64,000 nucleotides of DNA from a virus (lineage: Duplodnaviria > Caudoviricetes): the IMG/VR virus record IMGVR_UViG_3300017754_001906, positions 1,366 to 65,365 of that record, one strand, 5' to 3'. A program made the translations under genes and the position numbers. The notes below the pieces were generated by a model. It made no database searches. It was given only the letters and a program-made list of their open reading frames with translations, and was not told the origin of the DNA. Every line of letters begins with the position of its first letter. The first letter of the stretch is position 1. Below are positions 17,797-27,825 of the stretch, one piece after another.

Positions 17797-18121
17797 GTTC
17801 TTTGCTGCTCCAGGTCAGACCGTAGTTTCTAAGCTTTTCGCTTCGGGAAGCGATACAGAGATTGCAAGCGTCACTGCAACCGAGCAGACCAATCGCAAAG
17901 GTGTCTATCGAGCGGCATACACCGACGTGGCAGCGGGTCTTTATCGCTTGCTTGCCTTGGTAGGCACAACTCCGATTGCATCCTGGTGGACCGACTTGAC
18001 GTTAACGACTGCAACCTTTCAGAGCTACGAGGTTCCGGCAAGCGTGTTTGCAGGAGGTGGTGGAGGTGGAGGCGGTACCGTAAACATTGTTGTCGAGGAT
18101 CGCAGTATAACTGTGGAGTAA
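17777..18121 (+). CDS. virion structural protein (Ig-like beta sandwich?)
   Basis: 114 aa with AAGGA RBS and a Gly-rich C-terminal linker. Confidence 0.6.
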   Translation: MATQTVEFFAAPGQTVVSKLFASGSDTEIASVTATEQTNRKGVYRAAYTDVAAGLYRLLALVGTTPIASWWTDLTLTTATFQSYEVPASVFAGGGGGGGGTVNIVVEDRSITVE

Positions 18122-18123
18122 TT

Positions 18124-19368
18124 ATGTCACGCATCGTCAGAAAAACATTCAAGGTAGATGGCGTCCCGACGAACGTGACGACCGCTAAACTGTCAGACCC
18201 GACTGGCACCTACGGCGTCAAGAGGAACGACACAAATGCCGTGGTTGTTGCTGACAACACGTCAATGACTCTTGTTTCGACAGGAACGTACCAGTATGAG
18301 TTCACTGACCTTCCTGGCGTTGCCTACACGGCGTATGTGGAGTTTGTTTATGACGGAGCAACTTACCACTTCGAGGTCGATTTTGCATCCTATGCGGGCT
18401 CGAACAGCAGCGTTGCGACGTACTCGAACCTGGTGGAGCGAGTCGGACACTACCTGTTTGGGATCGAAAGCGGTTTCGCTTCAGATCAACTGACGAAGAT
18501 AAATTACTGCATTAAGGATGGTCTGGAGAGGGTGTACGCTGCCCATGAGTGGTCGTTCTTTAGACCTTTGGCGGATGTGACAACTACGGCGCCGTATGCA
18601 ACAGGAACGGTGGCTATTTCCTCCGGAGTGGTAACTTTGACTGGCGGTACGTTCCCTGCCTGGGCGGCAAACGGCGTGCTTAGGGCTGGGGACAAGTACT
18701 ATTCCGTTGCCAGCAGGGATAGCGGGACGCAGCTTACGCTTGACGACCTGTCGGCGGCTCTAGCTGCTTCCTCTGGCTACCAGTTGGCTATGCCAGAGGT
18801 TCAGATGGACGTTGCTTTTGACGCGGTGGCAAACGACGGTGATCTTGCCTATTACCCAGGTCCGACATCTTGGTTCCCATCCGTTCGCAATAGGCATGAC
18901 TCGATGATCCGAAAAATGGAGTCTGAGAATCCGGAGTTTGGAAGACCTTTTTTCTATTCGATAAGGACAGATAGATTCGATCCGACAGTGGGAAGCAGGA
19001 AATCTCTGGCTTTTTACCCAGCTCCAGACGCATCCTACGTGCTGCGAGTCCCGATGATTCTTCGCCCTGTGGCGATCGACAACGCAAATCAATACCCGAT
19101 TGGAGCGGAAATGCTCAGTCAGGTGATCTTGCAGGCATGCCTAGCCGCAGCGGAGCATAATTACGAGGAAAGGGAGCATGTGCATGAAAAACGCTTCCTA
19201 GAGCTGATAGCTCTCGCAATACGGAAGGATCAGGAGCGTTCTGGTCCAACTAGCCTCGGTCCAGATTCGCCTTACGGCGCGCGTGGTAAATTTGGCGTTT
19301 TCGATTATGATTATCGTACTCGAGAGCAGAGAATTGGCAGTCTGACCATAGGAGGGACTCCGCAGTGA
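18124..19368 (+). CDS. head-tail adaptor-like protein with extra beta domains
   Basis: TYSNLVERVGHYL...INYCIKDGLERVYAAHEWSFF helical adaptor-like segment and C-terminal LAFYPAPDASYVL; position-based call. Confidence 0.55.
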   Translation: MSRIVRKTFKVDGVPTNVTTAKLSDPTGTYGVKRNDTNAVVVADNTSMTLVSTGTYQYEFTDLPGVAYTAYVEFVYDGATYHFEVDFASYAGSNSSVATYSNLVERVGHYLFGIESGFASDQLTKINYCIKDGLERVYAAHEWSFFRPLADVTTTAPYATGTVAISSGVVTLTGGTFPAWAANGVLRAGDKYYSVASRDSGTQLTLDDLSAALAASSGYQLAMPEVQMDVAFDAVANDGDLAYYPGPTSWFPSVRNRHDSMIRKMESENPEFGRPFFYSIRTDRFDPTVGSRKSLAFYPAPDASYVLRVPMILRPVAIDNANQYPIGAEMLSQVILQACLAAAEHNYEEREHVHEKRFLELIALAIRKDQERSGPTSLGPDSPYGARGKFGVFDYDYRTREQRIGSLTIGGTPQ

Positions 19369-19700
19369 CAAACTCAAGATACACCGCATCAATTCGCAGC
19401 GTGGCAGTCGGGACAACGGCAGCTGCCAGTGCAGCCATTGACTTTTCCAATTCTGACAGGGGAATGATTTTTATTCCTGGTGGGTCAACATTTGCAACGC
19501 TTACTTGGCACGCAAGCACCTCTATAAACGGGGTTTATTCGCCAGTGAAAAACGAGTCTAACGTGGCTGTTACCACAGCTGTTACGGGTATAGGAATCGA
19601 TGGGTTGGCATATCCAGTTCCGGACGTGCTGCGAAATGCCAGCTTTTTGAAAATCACCGGCGATGTCGCGGGCGTCGTTGGTATCACTATGAAAGACTAA
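19365..19700 (+). CDS. hypothetical virion protein
   Basis: GTGA-coupled 111-aa beta-rich ORF. Confidence 0.65.
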   Translation: MTNSRYTASIRSVAVGTTAAASAAIDFSNSDRGMIFIPGGSTFATLTWHASTSINGVYSPVKNESNVAVTTAVTGIGIDGLAYPVPDVLRNASFLKITGDVAGVVGITMKD

Positions 19701-19725
19701 TCCTGTTTATTTGGAAGGAAAGATT

Positions 19726-20136
19726 ATGTCCACATCTGCTACGATTTTGTATGATTTACTGAGGGCGTTCTCAAGCGAAGGACCAGGCGTTGTGTCGTTG
19801 ACAGCAACTCCAAGTGGTGCTCAGATCCCAGACGAGCGGTTCATCATGCTTGTCAGGCCAACCTGGGGATTGGTGGATAACATCCTGATCCTTCCTCCTG
19901 CTGTTCCGGGGCGAATTGTTATTATTGCAGGTGCTGCGACCGGAGGCGAGCTCCGAACGCAATCGCCAAACGCCATTTCCATTAACGGCACTGGTGCTGG
20001 TCAAGGGGTGGGTGCTGAGTCCGCGATTCCGGCTAACGCGATGGTCATCGCTATTTGCGAGTCGCCAACAAACTGGAAGGGCTTTACTCTGGCTCAGGCT
20101 GGAACTCCAGCTGCGCTCCAAGTAGCTGCACCGTAA
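19726..20136 (+). CDS. hypothetical virion protein
   Basis: ATG 19726 after GGAAGG; 136 aa. Confidence 0.65.
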   Translation: MSTSATILYDLLRAFSSEGPGVVSLTATPSGAQIPDERFIMLVRPTWGLVDNILILPPAVPGRIVIIAGAATGGELRTQSPNAISINGTGAGQGVGAESAIPANAMVIAICESPTNWKGFTLAQAGTPAALQVAAP

Positions 20137-20144
20137 CCAATGAC

Positions 20145-21389
20145 ATGGCAAATAAAGAAATACCGTTCCCATCAGGCGTTAATCGACGCTTGTCGTTTCG
20201 GCAAGAAGCGGGCAAGCGTGATCGGTATTTCAGTCCATGGTCGGTAAATGTCAGGGGCGAGGATTTTCAGGGGCGTCTTAGAGGCGGATCTTGGTCGCAA
20301 GGCGGTCCAACAACCGCTCCATCGACACAAGTCCAGTATTTGACAAACAGCTCTGGAGATCGGATCACTGATTCTAGCGGAAACCAGATAGTCGTCAGCT
20401 CTGGTGAGGCTTCTGTCCATAGCGGAGGTACGGTTTACGTGGCTCCTGGACCGAGCGCCCCAGCGAGTCATGCCGCTCAGTGTATTTATCGAGACAGGTT
20501 TGTTCGTCCTTCGGGAAAGTTGATTTTTGCTAGTCGTCAGGGAAACCACACTGACTGGGCGATGAGTGCAGATGTCAGCGATGCTATGCGTCCGTTCGTC
20601 ATTCAGTTGTCAGAAGCTGGGGAGATTGGGGGCGATGTTGTCGCGCTTATTCCGCACAAGGACGCCTACATGCTGGCAGCAACAAGTAGCTCTCTCTGGA
20701 TTGTTCAGGGTGACCCTGTGGCTGACGGGGCAATGCGGAACATCTCTCGGAAGGTTGGGATAATCGGTCCTAAGGCGTGGTGCCGCGACGAGCTCGACCG
20801 GTACTACTTCCTGTCTTCCGATGGCTTGTACGCAGTTTCAGCGGACGGAAGTGGTTTCCAGGCGTTGTCAAACGAAGTGATTCCGGAGCATCTTTCCGGC
20901 GTTGCTGACGTTAATACAGTGCTGCAGTACGACTTGGCGTCAAACGGGGTCTACATTCACATTCCGACTGCTGCTGTGTCATGGATGTACGACGCCGCAC
21001 GCCAAACATTCTGGCCATTCAAAACTGGGCATGCTGGATCGTATGTAGCTATCGGTCCTGTGATGCTCGGGAATGGAAGCAGCTATGGTAGGCTTATTCA
21101 GCTCCATGGCATTACAGCCGCAGGTAGCGTAAACGTGACGTGGAGAGTCATGGTTGCCGATACAGCCGAGCAGGTTAGCGTCAACGCGAAGCTTGCCATA
21201 GAAACGCTTATTGCTGGTGGGACACCCGCGAATGTCCACAGCAGTGGTGTTTGGACCGCTGGAGTTAATCACCGAACGTATCCTCGCGCTCGGGGTAAAT
21301 ACATGATCTTGCTTGTGTCGGCTCCGAGCGGAAGCTGGGCATGGGAAGGTGCAAACGCAGTCATTGAGCCTTCAGGGCAGTGGAGATAA
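20145..21389 (+). CDS. tail nozzle/head-closure (P22 gp10-like beta-propeller) protein
   Basis: About 414 aa; propeller-like segments (LIFASRQGNHTDW, YYFLSSDGLY); located after the adaptor. Confidence 0.5.
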   Translation: MANKEIPFPSGVNRRLSFRQEAGKRDRYFSPWSVNVRGEDFQGRLRGGSWSQGGPTTAPSTQVQYLTNSSGDRITDSSGNQIVVSSGEASVHSGGTVYVAPGPSAPASHAAQCIYRDRFVRPSGKLIFASRQGNHTDWAMSADVSDAMRPFVIQLSEAGEIGGDVVALIPHKDAYMLAATSSSLWIVQGDPVADGAMRNISRKVGIIGPKAWCRDELDRYYFLSSDGLYAVSADGSGFQALSNEVIPEHLSGVADVNTVLQYDLASNGVYIHIPTAAVSWMYDAARQTFWPFKTGHAGSYVAIGPVMLGNGSSYGRLIQLHGITAAGSVNVTWRVMVADTAEQVSVNAKLAIETLIAGGTPANVHSSGVWTAGVNHRTYPRARGKYMILLVSAPSGSWAWEGANAVIEPSGQWR

Positions 21390-21392
21390 ATC

Positions 21393-23546
21393 ATGCCAGA
21401 CGTTCCGTTTTCGACTTGGGTCACTGGACTTACGGTTGATACGCTGCAAGGTGGAGAGAAGCTTCCTTTGCTTGATGTAGACGGCACGACATCAAAGCAT
21501 GTGACAGCCACGTTGCTTGCAGAGTTCGCCGTGGTTCAGCTTCAGGCTGCTGCGGTGTCAACGATCACAACGCTCAATGACGCTGACATGCTGAACGCAT
21601 TCCAGATAGGCGTTGCCAAGAAGTTGACGGCACAGAACTTCTTCAACTGGGTTGTAGACAAGCTCGAGGCTCTTCCTACTGAGACCACAATCGTCAATGG
21701 AGACAAGTTGGTTTTCAATGACGGAGGTGTTCTAAAGCAGATTGACATTGACAACGTTAAGACGTTCCTTAACTCTACGAGCGTCAACTTGGGGGCGGAA
21801 ATAGCAGGTCTCCCTGTGGCGACGTTGGCTGACTCTGATCAGTACGTGGTATCTCAAGGCACTACTGCACGGAAAACCACTTTTACGGCAATCGCCGCTC
21901 GAGTCTATTCGCAGTTTCTTGCTTACGTCACGGGATTGCCTTCCATCGCCGTTCTCGATGACGCAGATACTTTTTATGCAAGTGATAGCGGTGTTGCCAG
22001 TAAGGTGACAGCACAAACGATCGCGACATACGTGCAGGCTGAAGTTGGTGCCGGTATTGTTTCTGCGGCGTGGGACAATTACGCGGCGTTAGGGGCTGCG
22101 GCAAACGCAACCGATGTTTTTCTACTCGAACGCAGCGGAGTCGGGAAGACAGCTACGGGGGCAAATATAGCTACGTATGTAGTCGGCACGCAGAACAGCG
22201 CAGCATCGTCGGGTGCTGCCGTCGCCGGTGACAGCTTTTTGATTTTTCGTGCTGGCACTCAGTACAAAATGGATATCGGGGCGTTGGCGACATACGTTAT
22301 CGCTTCTGGCTTGTCTGCGGCAAGCGGGGATCCTGTCGTCACAGGAGACAAAATCGTCATAGGTCGCGGTGTAACTACCTACAGCGTCACTGTAGATCAG
22401 TTAAAAACTTTCGTCCAAGCTGGTATCCAGGCAAGCACTCTTAATCTCACTGGATTGCCTGTTGCTTCACTAGCCTCCGGATCGCTTCTGTTGATTGGAG
22501 ACGGGGTTACTCCTAAGAAGTCCACGCTTGCGGATCTCGAAACTCAATTATGGACGGATTACAAGGCTTACGTGTCTGGGTTAACGTCAGTGGTGACGCT
22601 TGCTAATGCAGACACGTTCTATGTCATTCAAGGCAGCACTGCAAAGAAGATCGCAAGCTCTGACATAGCTGCGTATGCGGAAACGGAGATGTGGAGCAAG
22701 TCGGTGGTTACGCCGCTCGCCGGGGACAACTTCTGGATGCGAAGAGGCACTACAAGCTATCGCGTCAATATCGGAGATCTTGCAAGTTACGTCAGCACTG
22801 TGGTGGCTGGAACTATCAATATCTCAGCCCTGTCTGCCATAACCACTGTGTCAAACGACGACTTGTTTATCGTTGATGACGGTGCTGTGAATGCTAATAG
22901 GAAAATAACGTTTGCAAATGTCAAGGCGAGCATATTTCCGGCACTTTCTGCATACGTTACAGGGCTGACCGCTGCTGGCTCTGTAGCCGGAACAGAAGAG
23001 CTGTATTCGGTCAACGTCGGCGCTCCGCAAAAAATCACCGTTAGCACGCTGTGGACTCAGAGATACCTAATTGATGCCAAAGCCATCAAGCTTGACGACT
23101 TTGCGACTTGTGACGACAACACAGATCTAAACGCAACGTCGTCTGCTCACGGTCTGATGCCAAAGCTGAGCAATGATACTAGGCAGTTTATGCGAGGCGA
23201 TGGCTCGTGGGCGACATATGCTAGCGTAAATGCTACGCCAACTGCTGCCACTGGAAGTACGCACACAGATGCAGCAGCGTTATCCACGACCAACACGACG
23301 TTTATTACGTGCGATAGTGCTTTGAAGGGGGTTAAGCTTCCTACGGGTGCTGCTGGGGATATCATGGATGTGATCAACAACAGCGCTACGACGGCGAAGC
23401 TGTATCCTTCCTTAGGCGGTTTTTTGAACAATCAAACAGCAAACCTTGGAGTGGTTATTCCGGCAAGCCGAGGTGTTAGGTGTTTTTGTTCCGCTACCAA
23501 CACATGGACTGTGTTTGAAATGTACTCCAAGGCAGCAAACGCTTAG
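21393..23546 (+). CDS. long tail fibre-like protein with repeated D.D.F...KK.T motifs
   Basis: Many degenerate repeats (ADSDQYVVSQGTTARKTT, DADTFYASDSGVASKVT, NADTFYVIQGSTAKKI). Confidence 0.6.
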   Translation: MPDVPFSTWVTGLTVDTLQGGEKLPLLDVDGTTSKHVTATLLAEFAVVQLQAAAVSTITTLNDADMLNAFQIGVAKKLTAQNFFNWVVDKLEALPTETTIVNGDKLVFNDGGVLKQIDIDNVKTFLNSTSVNLGAEIAGLPVATLADSDQYVVSQGTTARKTTFTAIAARVYSQFLAYVTGLPSIAVLDDADTFYASDSGVASKVTAQTIATYVQAEVGAGIVSAAWDNYAALGAAANATDVFLLERSGVGKTATGANIATYVVGTQNSAASSGAAVAGDSFLIFRAGTQYKMDIGALATYVIASGLSAASGDPVVTGDKIVIGRGVTTYSVTVDQLKTFVQAGIQASTLNLTGLPVASLASGSLLLIGDGVTPKKSTLADLETQLWTDYKAYVSGLTSVVTLANADTFYVIQGSTAKKIASSDIAAYAETEMWSKSVVTPLAGDNFWMRRGTTSYRVNIGDLASYVSTVVAGTINISALSAITTVSNDDLFIVDDGAVNANRKITFANVKASIFPALSAYVTGLTAAGSVAGTEELYSVNVGAPQKITVSTLWTQRYLIDAKAIKLDDFATCDDNTDLNATSSAHGLMPKLSNDTRQFMRGDGSWATYASVNATPTAATGSTHTDAAALSTTNTTFITCDSALKGVKLPTGAAGDIMDVINNSATTAKLYPSLGGFLNNQTANLGVVIPASRGVRCFCSATNTWTVFEMYSKAANA

Positions 23547-23564
23547 TCGTAAAGGGGCATACCT

Positions 23565-25580
23565 GTGTCGCACGAAAACTCAAACGAGTTCTCCAACATT
23601 CCTGGAATTAGTTCTGGGCAGGATCAGTTCTGGCTTCCTCCTGTTGTAAATCCCTTCATGGAGCTCGGTCCATGGTGGGCTACGCAAACCGTCACTGACG
23701 TTCCAGAAAACATAATGGGATGGCTGGTTGCCCAGGGTTTTGAGATTACAAACATTCGCCAGGACACCACAACTAAGCCACCTACTAACTACTTTTCGGT
23801 AAAGAAAGAGGGGCTAAGACCGCAGGAGGTTTTGCGAGCCCTGTGCAATTCGTACACTCGCGCCGCCAACGAAGCAAGAGGAGCTAACCAGTACAGATAC
23901 AACGAGGTTCTCGAAGGAATGAACTCGATGGTGGATAGCTCAAATACGCAGTTTGCCGCACAAACCAATGAGCAGAATGCGCAGTCTGGCGTATATTTGG
24001 CAGACCTCGACGACTACATGACAGAAGTTGAGACGATGATCTCGGAAAACCAATCCCAGGTTGTCGCCGACGCAAATGACGCAAAAACAGCTCTCGGTCA
24101 AATGCTTGACAGGCTTGGTGATCTCGAGACGAACGCTACGAATAACGCATCAGAGATAGCGACATTATTTGCTGAGCAAGACTCAAACCTATCCGCGTTT
24201 GTGAACGCTTACGACAGCAAGCTGGCAGAACTGGATCAAAACTTTGCCTCCTATCTTGCCGACATGCTTTCGCAGATTGCGTCTCTTGGCACAACGATGG
24301 ACGGTCACATAGCGGACTACAATCAGCAGTTTGTTACTCTGTCTAACAACTACGTTTCGCACGCTGCTGACATCGAGTCAAAGATGGCTCAGGTTGGTGC
24401 TAACGTAAGCGAATACGTCGCTAGTGTTGCATCTATACTTGATCTTTTGGAGATTGATTACGGGCAGGTTTCTGTCGATCTTGACTTGATAAAAACTCAG
24501 TCGGGAACTCTCGTTAATCAGTATGTCGGCGACTACGACTCCATACTTCAAAAGCTAGAGAGTGACTACTACGGGCATTCTGCTGTCGCCACTGGATTCT
24601 TGACCAATCTTGGGCAAACGGAGCTCGCCAGGATTAACGAGCAGTTTGCCGCGAACCTGTCCGCGCAAATGCAGGTGCTAGTTAGCAGAGGCTTGTACAC
24701 GTCCACCATACCTGCCGATATCACAGCTAGGAATGGGAGAGACAAGGATGAGAACATTCAGACGCTTAATGATCGGTTGAACCGAGAAAAGCTGGACAAT
24801 CAACATAGGCTGTATGAGCAGCAAGTTGGTGTGCGTTCTAGGATGCTTGACGGCACGGACAGGATGCACGCGGTCCAGCAGGAGGTTCTTCGTTATCAAG
24901 CATCGCTGATAAGCAGCGTGTACTCGCTAAGGTCCGAGGCGAGAAACAGGGTGCTGGCTGGTAAGCAAGCGATTTTCTCCGCCAAGGACGCAAATTCAAA
25001 ATACGGAATTGAGGTTAGCTCGAATCTGTATGCAAAGCTTCAGGAAGTAAGGCAGCGAACGATAGAATCTGTTGATAGGGTTTATCAGCTGCGAGACATT
25101 TTCGCCAAGTGGAAAGCTGAAGACACAAGATCGCGGTATCAGCAGATCCAGCAAATCGAGGCTCAGTTCCTAGAAGCGACCCAGCGGCAACTGGCGGCAA
25201 AGCAGGATGTTGTCAAGGTCGAGATCACGGAGCGAGACACTCTTCTTGGTCAGCTTCAGAATGCACTAACGGCGTTGATGTCTGGAAAGGAAAGGTACGC
25301 TGTCCTGCTGATGCAGAACGCAAACACCCTAGCCGAGCACAAGCACAGGGCAATTGTGGAGTTGATGAACACCTCTGTGCAGCGACTCGAAGGGTGGAAG
25401 CTGATTGCCGATCAGAACATGAAGTTGATGATGTACCAGCTGGACGAGAGAAACAAGCTGCTGGTTGGTGTATATGCCTTCGTTGAGCGGCGAGATGACG
25501 TTGCCCCTGAATGGAAGGACATGTCGCAGATGATTGCCGGTCTTGGCGACAGCGGTGGTGGTTGGTTAACTCCAAACTAG
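23565..25580 (+). CDS. internal virion (ejection) protein, coiled-coil
   Basis: 671-aa Gln/Asn-rich coiled coil downstream of tail genes. Confidence 0.55.
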   Translation: MSHENSNEFSNIPGISSGQDQFWLPPVVNPFMELGPWWATQTVTDVPENIMGWLVAQGFEITNIRQDTTTKPPTNYFSVKKEGLRPQEVLRALCNSYTRAANEARGANQYRYNEVLEGMNSMVDSSNTQFAAQTNEQNAQSGVYLADLDDYMTEVETMISENQSQVVADANDAKTALGQMLDRLGDLETNATNNASEIATLFAEQDSNLSAFVNAYDSKLAELDQNFASYLADMLSQIASLGTTMDGHIADYNQQFVTLSNNYVSHAADIESKMAQVGANVSEYVASVASILDLLEIDYGQVSVDLDLIKTQSGTLVNQYVGDYDSILQKLESDYYGHSAVATGFLTNLGQTELARINEQFAANLSAQMQVLVSRGLYTSTIPADITARNGRDKDENIQTLNDRLNREKLDNQHRLYEQQVGVRSRMLDGTDRMHAVQQEVLRYQASLISSVYSLRSEARNRVLAGKQAIFSAKDANSKYGIEVSSNLYAKLQEVRQRTIESVDRVYQLRDIFAKWKAEDTRSRYQQIQQIEAQFLEATQRQLAAKQDVVKVEITERDTLLGQLQNALTALMSGKERYAVLLMQNANTLAEHKHRAIVELMNTSVQRLEGWKLIADQNMKLMMYQLDERNKLLVGVYAFVERRDDVAPEWKDMSQMIAGLGDSGGGWLTPN

Positions 25581-25587
25581 GTGGGCG

Positions 25588-26370
25588 ATGTTTCGAAAAA
25601 GACGCAGACCGACGCCAGAGTTCAAGGTTCCCTCGCCGTATAACGCGATGCGTGGGGACCATGATGACTTGCAGCTATTTGGCGAGTTTCCGTACTGCGC
25701 GATGATGCAGGTGGCGTGCGAAGACATCTACGAGAACTATGTAGTGTGCCGAGGGTTCGACCCAAGAATGCTCAAGTTCATAGATTACGCCGAGAACAAT
25801 GCTGAAAAGCCAGGTATTTCAGTAGCCAAGCCATATGGCTGCAGGGTCACTTCTGGTGGCGCGAAGAGATACCGAAAAGGCGAGATATTCATGGCTGTCT
25901 TGCCCACTCAGGGCATTGCGGAAAACGATGTGCATTACGTTCCTCCGTCCCCAGTGGAGATCGAGTGGCGGCTCGGGCAGAACCCAGGTGTTGTTTCCGG
26001 GGTGAATTATGGCGGACAGCCAAAGTGCTTGACGAACGAAATCAACATCCTTTATGACCACAACGACATAGTCATCAACTGGATGCTGGTTCATGGAGAG
26101 AACAAGCTATTCAGGTTTCAGTCAACAGAGGCGCTCACAGGGACACAGTGTCAGGCGTGCGTTCGGCAAATGTCTGGTTACTGGCCGCACACGGCTACTA
26201 TTTACGATCCTCAAGGCGTGTATCTTGGCATGGTGGCAGGAACGAAGGGTTACGTCATGTTCCAGGAGGGAAAGTACTACATCGTAGACGCGAAGTGCGA
26301 CCCGGACACAATAGAAGCATGCGAATGCACTGCGGTTGGCGACGACTGCGAGTGCGTTGGAGGGGAGTAG
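25588..26370 (+). CDS. hypothetical virion-region protein with Cys-rich C-terminus
   Basis: 260 aa; ends KCDPDTIEACECTAVGDDCECVGGE. Confidence 0.65.
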   Translation: MFRKRRRPTPEFKVPSPYNAMRGDHDDLQLFGEFPYCAMMQVACEDIYENYVVCRGFDPRMLKFIDYAENNAEKPGISVAKPYGCRVTSGGAKRYRKGEIFMAVLPTQGIAENDVHYVPPSPVEIEWRLGQNPGVVSGVNYGGQPKCLTNEINILYDHNDIVINWMLVHGENKLFRFQSTEALTGTQCQACVRQMSGYWPHTATIYDPQGVYLGMVAGTKGYVMFQEGKYYIVDAKCDPDTIEACECTAVGDDCECVGGE

Positions 26371-26382
26371 GTCTAAAAGCAC

Positions 26383-27825
26383 ATGGCGTGGAAAAAGTGT
26401 TGTTGCGGAAACTGCTTGATTTACGAAGACGATTTCAATCGGGCAGCAGAAAACAAACTGAATGGATCGTGGTGCGAGAGACCTGGGAGCTGGAGGATTG
26501 AGCCAGGGGAGAGCAAGGCTGCGTCTATTACTGCTGGCGCTCCGGCGATGGTTAGCATTCCTCATCCAGCTCCAGATGGATCGATGATTGTGCAGTTTTT
26601 TATTACGTGGAACGCACTCATAGATCCAATCCCAGAGGGGGATCCTAATTTACCAATACCTGCATCGACCGGTCAGCGATGGAGGATTATTGTTAACTCG
26701 CAAAAGCAAGATGTTACGGAGACGATCGGTGGTGTCTCAGTGACGTACTGCGCTCCATTGAGCTACTACTACGCAGAAGCCGAGGCTACAAGCTCAACTA
26801 CGTACACGATTCGGCTTGGAATGTCAGCGTGGAGTGCAGGGACTAGGACAGAGACGGAGCTGAAGAGTAGAGTTTACACATACGACCCGCTTACCGAGCA
26901 TCCTCCTTTTGGGGCGTGGATGACGGCAAGGATATCTGACGGCGAGTTTTGCGTGAACCTTGGGTTGATGTACGAAAGCTGCGGGAGTGTTGACTTTGCT
27001 GAAGATCCTGAAGAAAAGGGCTTAGTCTGGCTGTCTGTGGTTCACCCTGGTTTGTTCGCTAATGGCTACTACTGTGGAATGCAGATGAGCCAGACAGATA
27101 TGTACGTCACTCAGTTTTCGTTCCGAGAGCATTTTAAGACTCTTGTAAATTCTCCTTCGGTTCGGAACGCATGTCCTGAGGTGACGGAAAACCCAAGGTG
27201 TGACTACTGCTTCTGCACTTGCGGGAATGAAGTCACTGGGGACGTTGAAATACTTCCAGACATCATTAACTACAGGATTCGACCGGCAGACGCAAGTTAC
27301 TATTGCTCGTTCGTTAGCTATCTGAACGACTGGCACTGCTACGGGCAGCTGGTGCTAGACTCGGAGAACGCTAGATGGATCCAGGTGCCGATAGACGGGA
27401 AAAACAGGAAGGTTTGCTGCTACAGAGAGGACAACCCAGTGCCTCAAGAGTTTATTATCTCATTCCACTGCCCAGCCGTGTTCCAGGACGACCCAGAGAA
27501 ATGCCCGAGGTGGTACTTGAAGGTTTCTGGTGGTGGCGTTTGGCCGCCTCCTGTTGGTGATAAGCCTGGCGTCGTTGGAGGGTGCTGCCTCGTTGGAGGA
27601 AACATTATTGGGAGCATCGAGGAATGCATAATCCCTGACACCATGTGCAATTGGGAGCGAGCTGGAAGCAATGGAACTTGCCGAAGCTGGACATTCTGTT
27701 ATCCGTCTGCGGGCTGCAGTTGCCCAAAGCTTCCGGACGAGCCTGATCCTCCGCCTCAGCCGCCAGATGCGCCTCCTCCACCTCCCCCCTTGATATGTAC
27801 TATTTGCGTTGATATTTGGTGGTAG
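26383..27825 (+). CDS. very Cys-rich protein (CCC N-terminus, Pro-rich C-terminus)
   Basis: MAWKKCCCGNC...; about 30 Cys in 480 aa by my count; poly-Pro tail. Confidence 0.7.
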   Translation: MAWKKCCCGNCLIYEDDFNRAAENKLNGSWCERPGSWRIEPGESKAASITAGAPAMVSIPHPAPDGSMIVQFFITWNALIDPIPEGDPNLPIPASTGQRWRIIVNSQKQDVTETIGGVSVTYCAPLSYYYAEAEATSSTTYTIRLGMSAWSAGTRTETELKSRVYTYDPLTEHPPFGAWMTARISDGEFCVNLGLMYESCGSVDFAEDPEEKGLVWLSVVHPGLFANGYYCGMQMSQTDMYVTQFSFREHFKTLVNSPSVRNACPEVTENPRCDYCFCTCGNEVTGDVEILPDIINYRIRPADASYYCSFVSYLNDWHCYGQLVLDSENARWIQVPIDGKNRKVCCYREDNPVPQEFIISFHCPAVFQDDPEKCPRWYLKVSGGGVWPPPVGDKPGVVGGCCLVGGNIIGSIEECIIPDTMCNWERAGSNGTCRSWTFCYPSAGCSCPKLPDEPDPPPQPPDAPPPPPPLICTICVDIWW

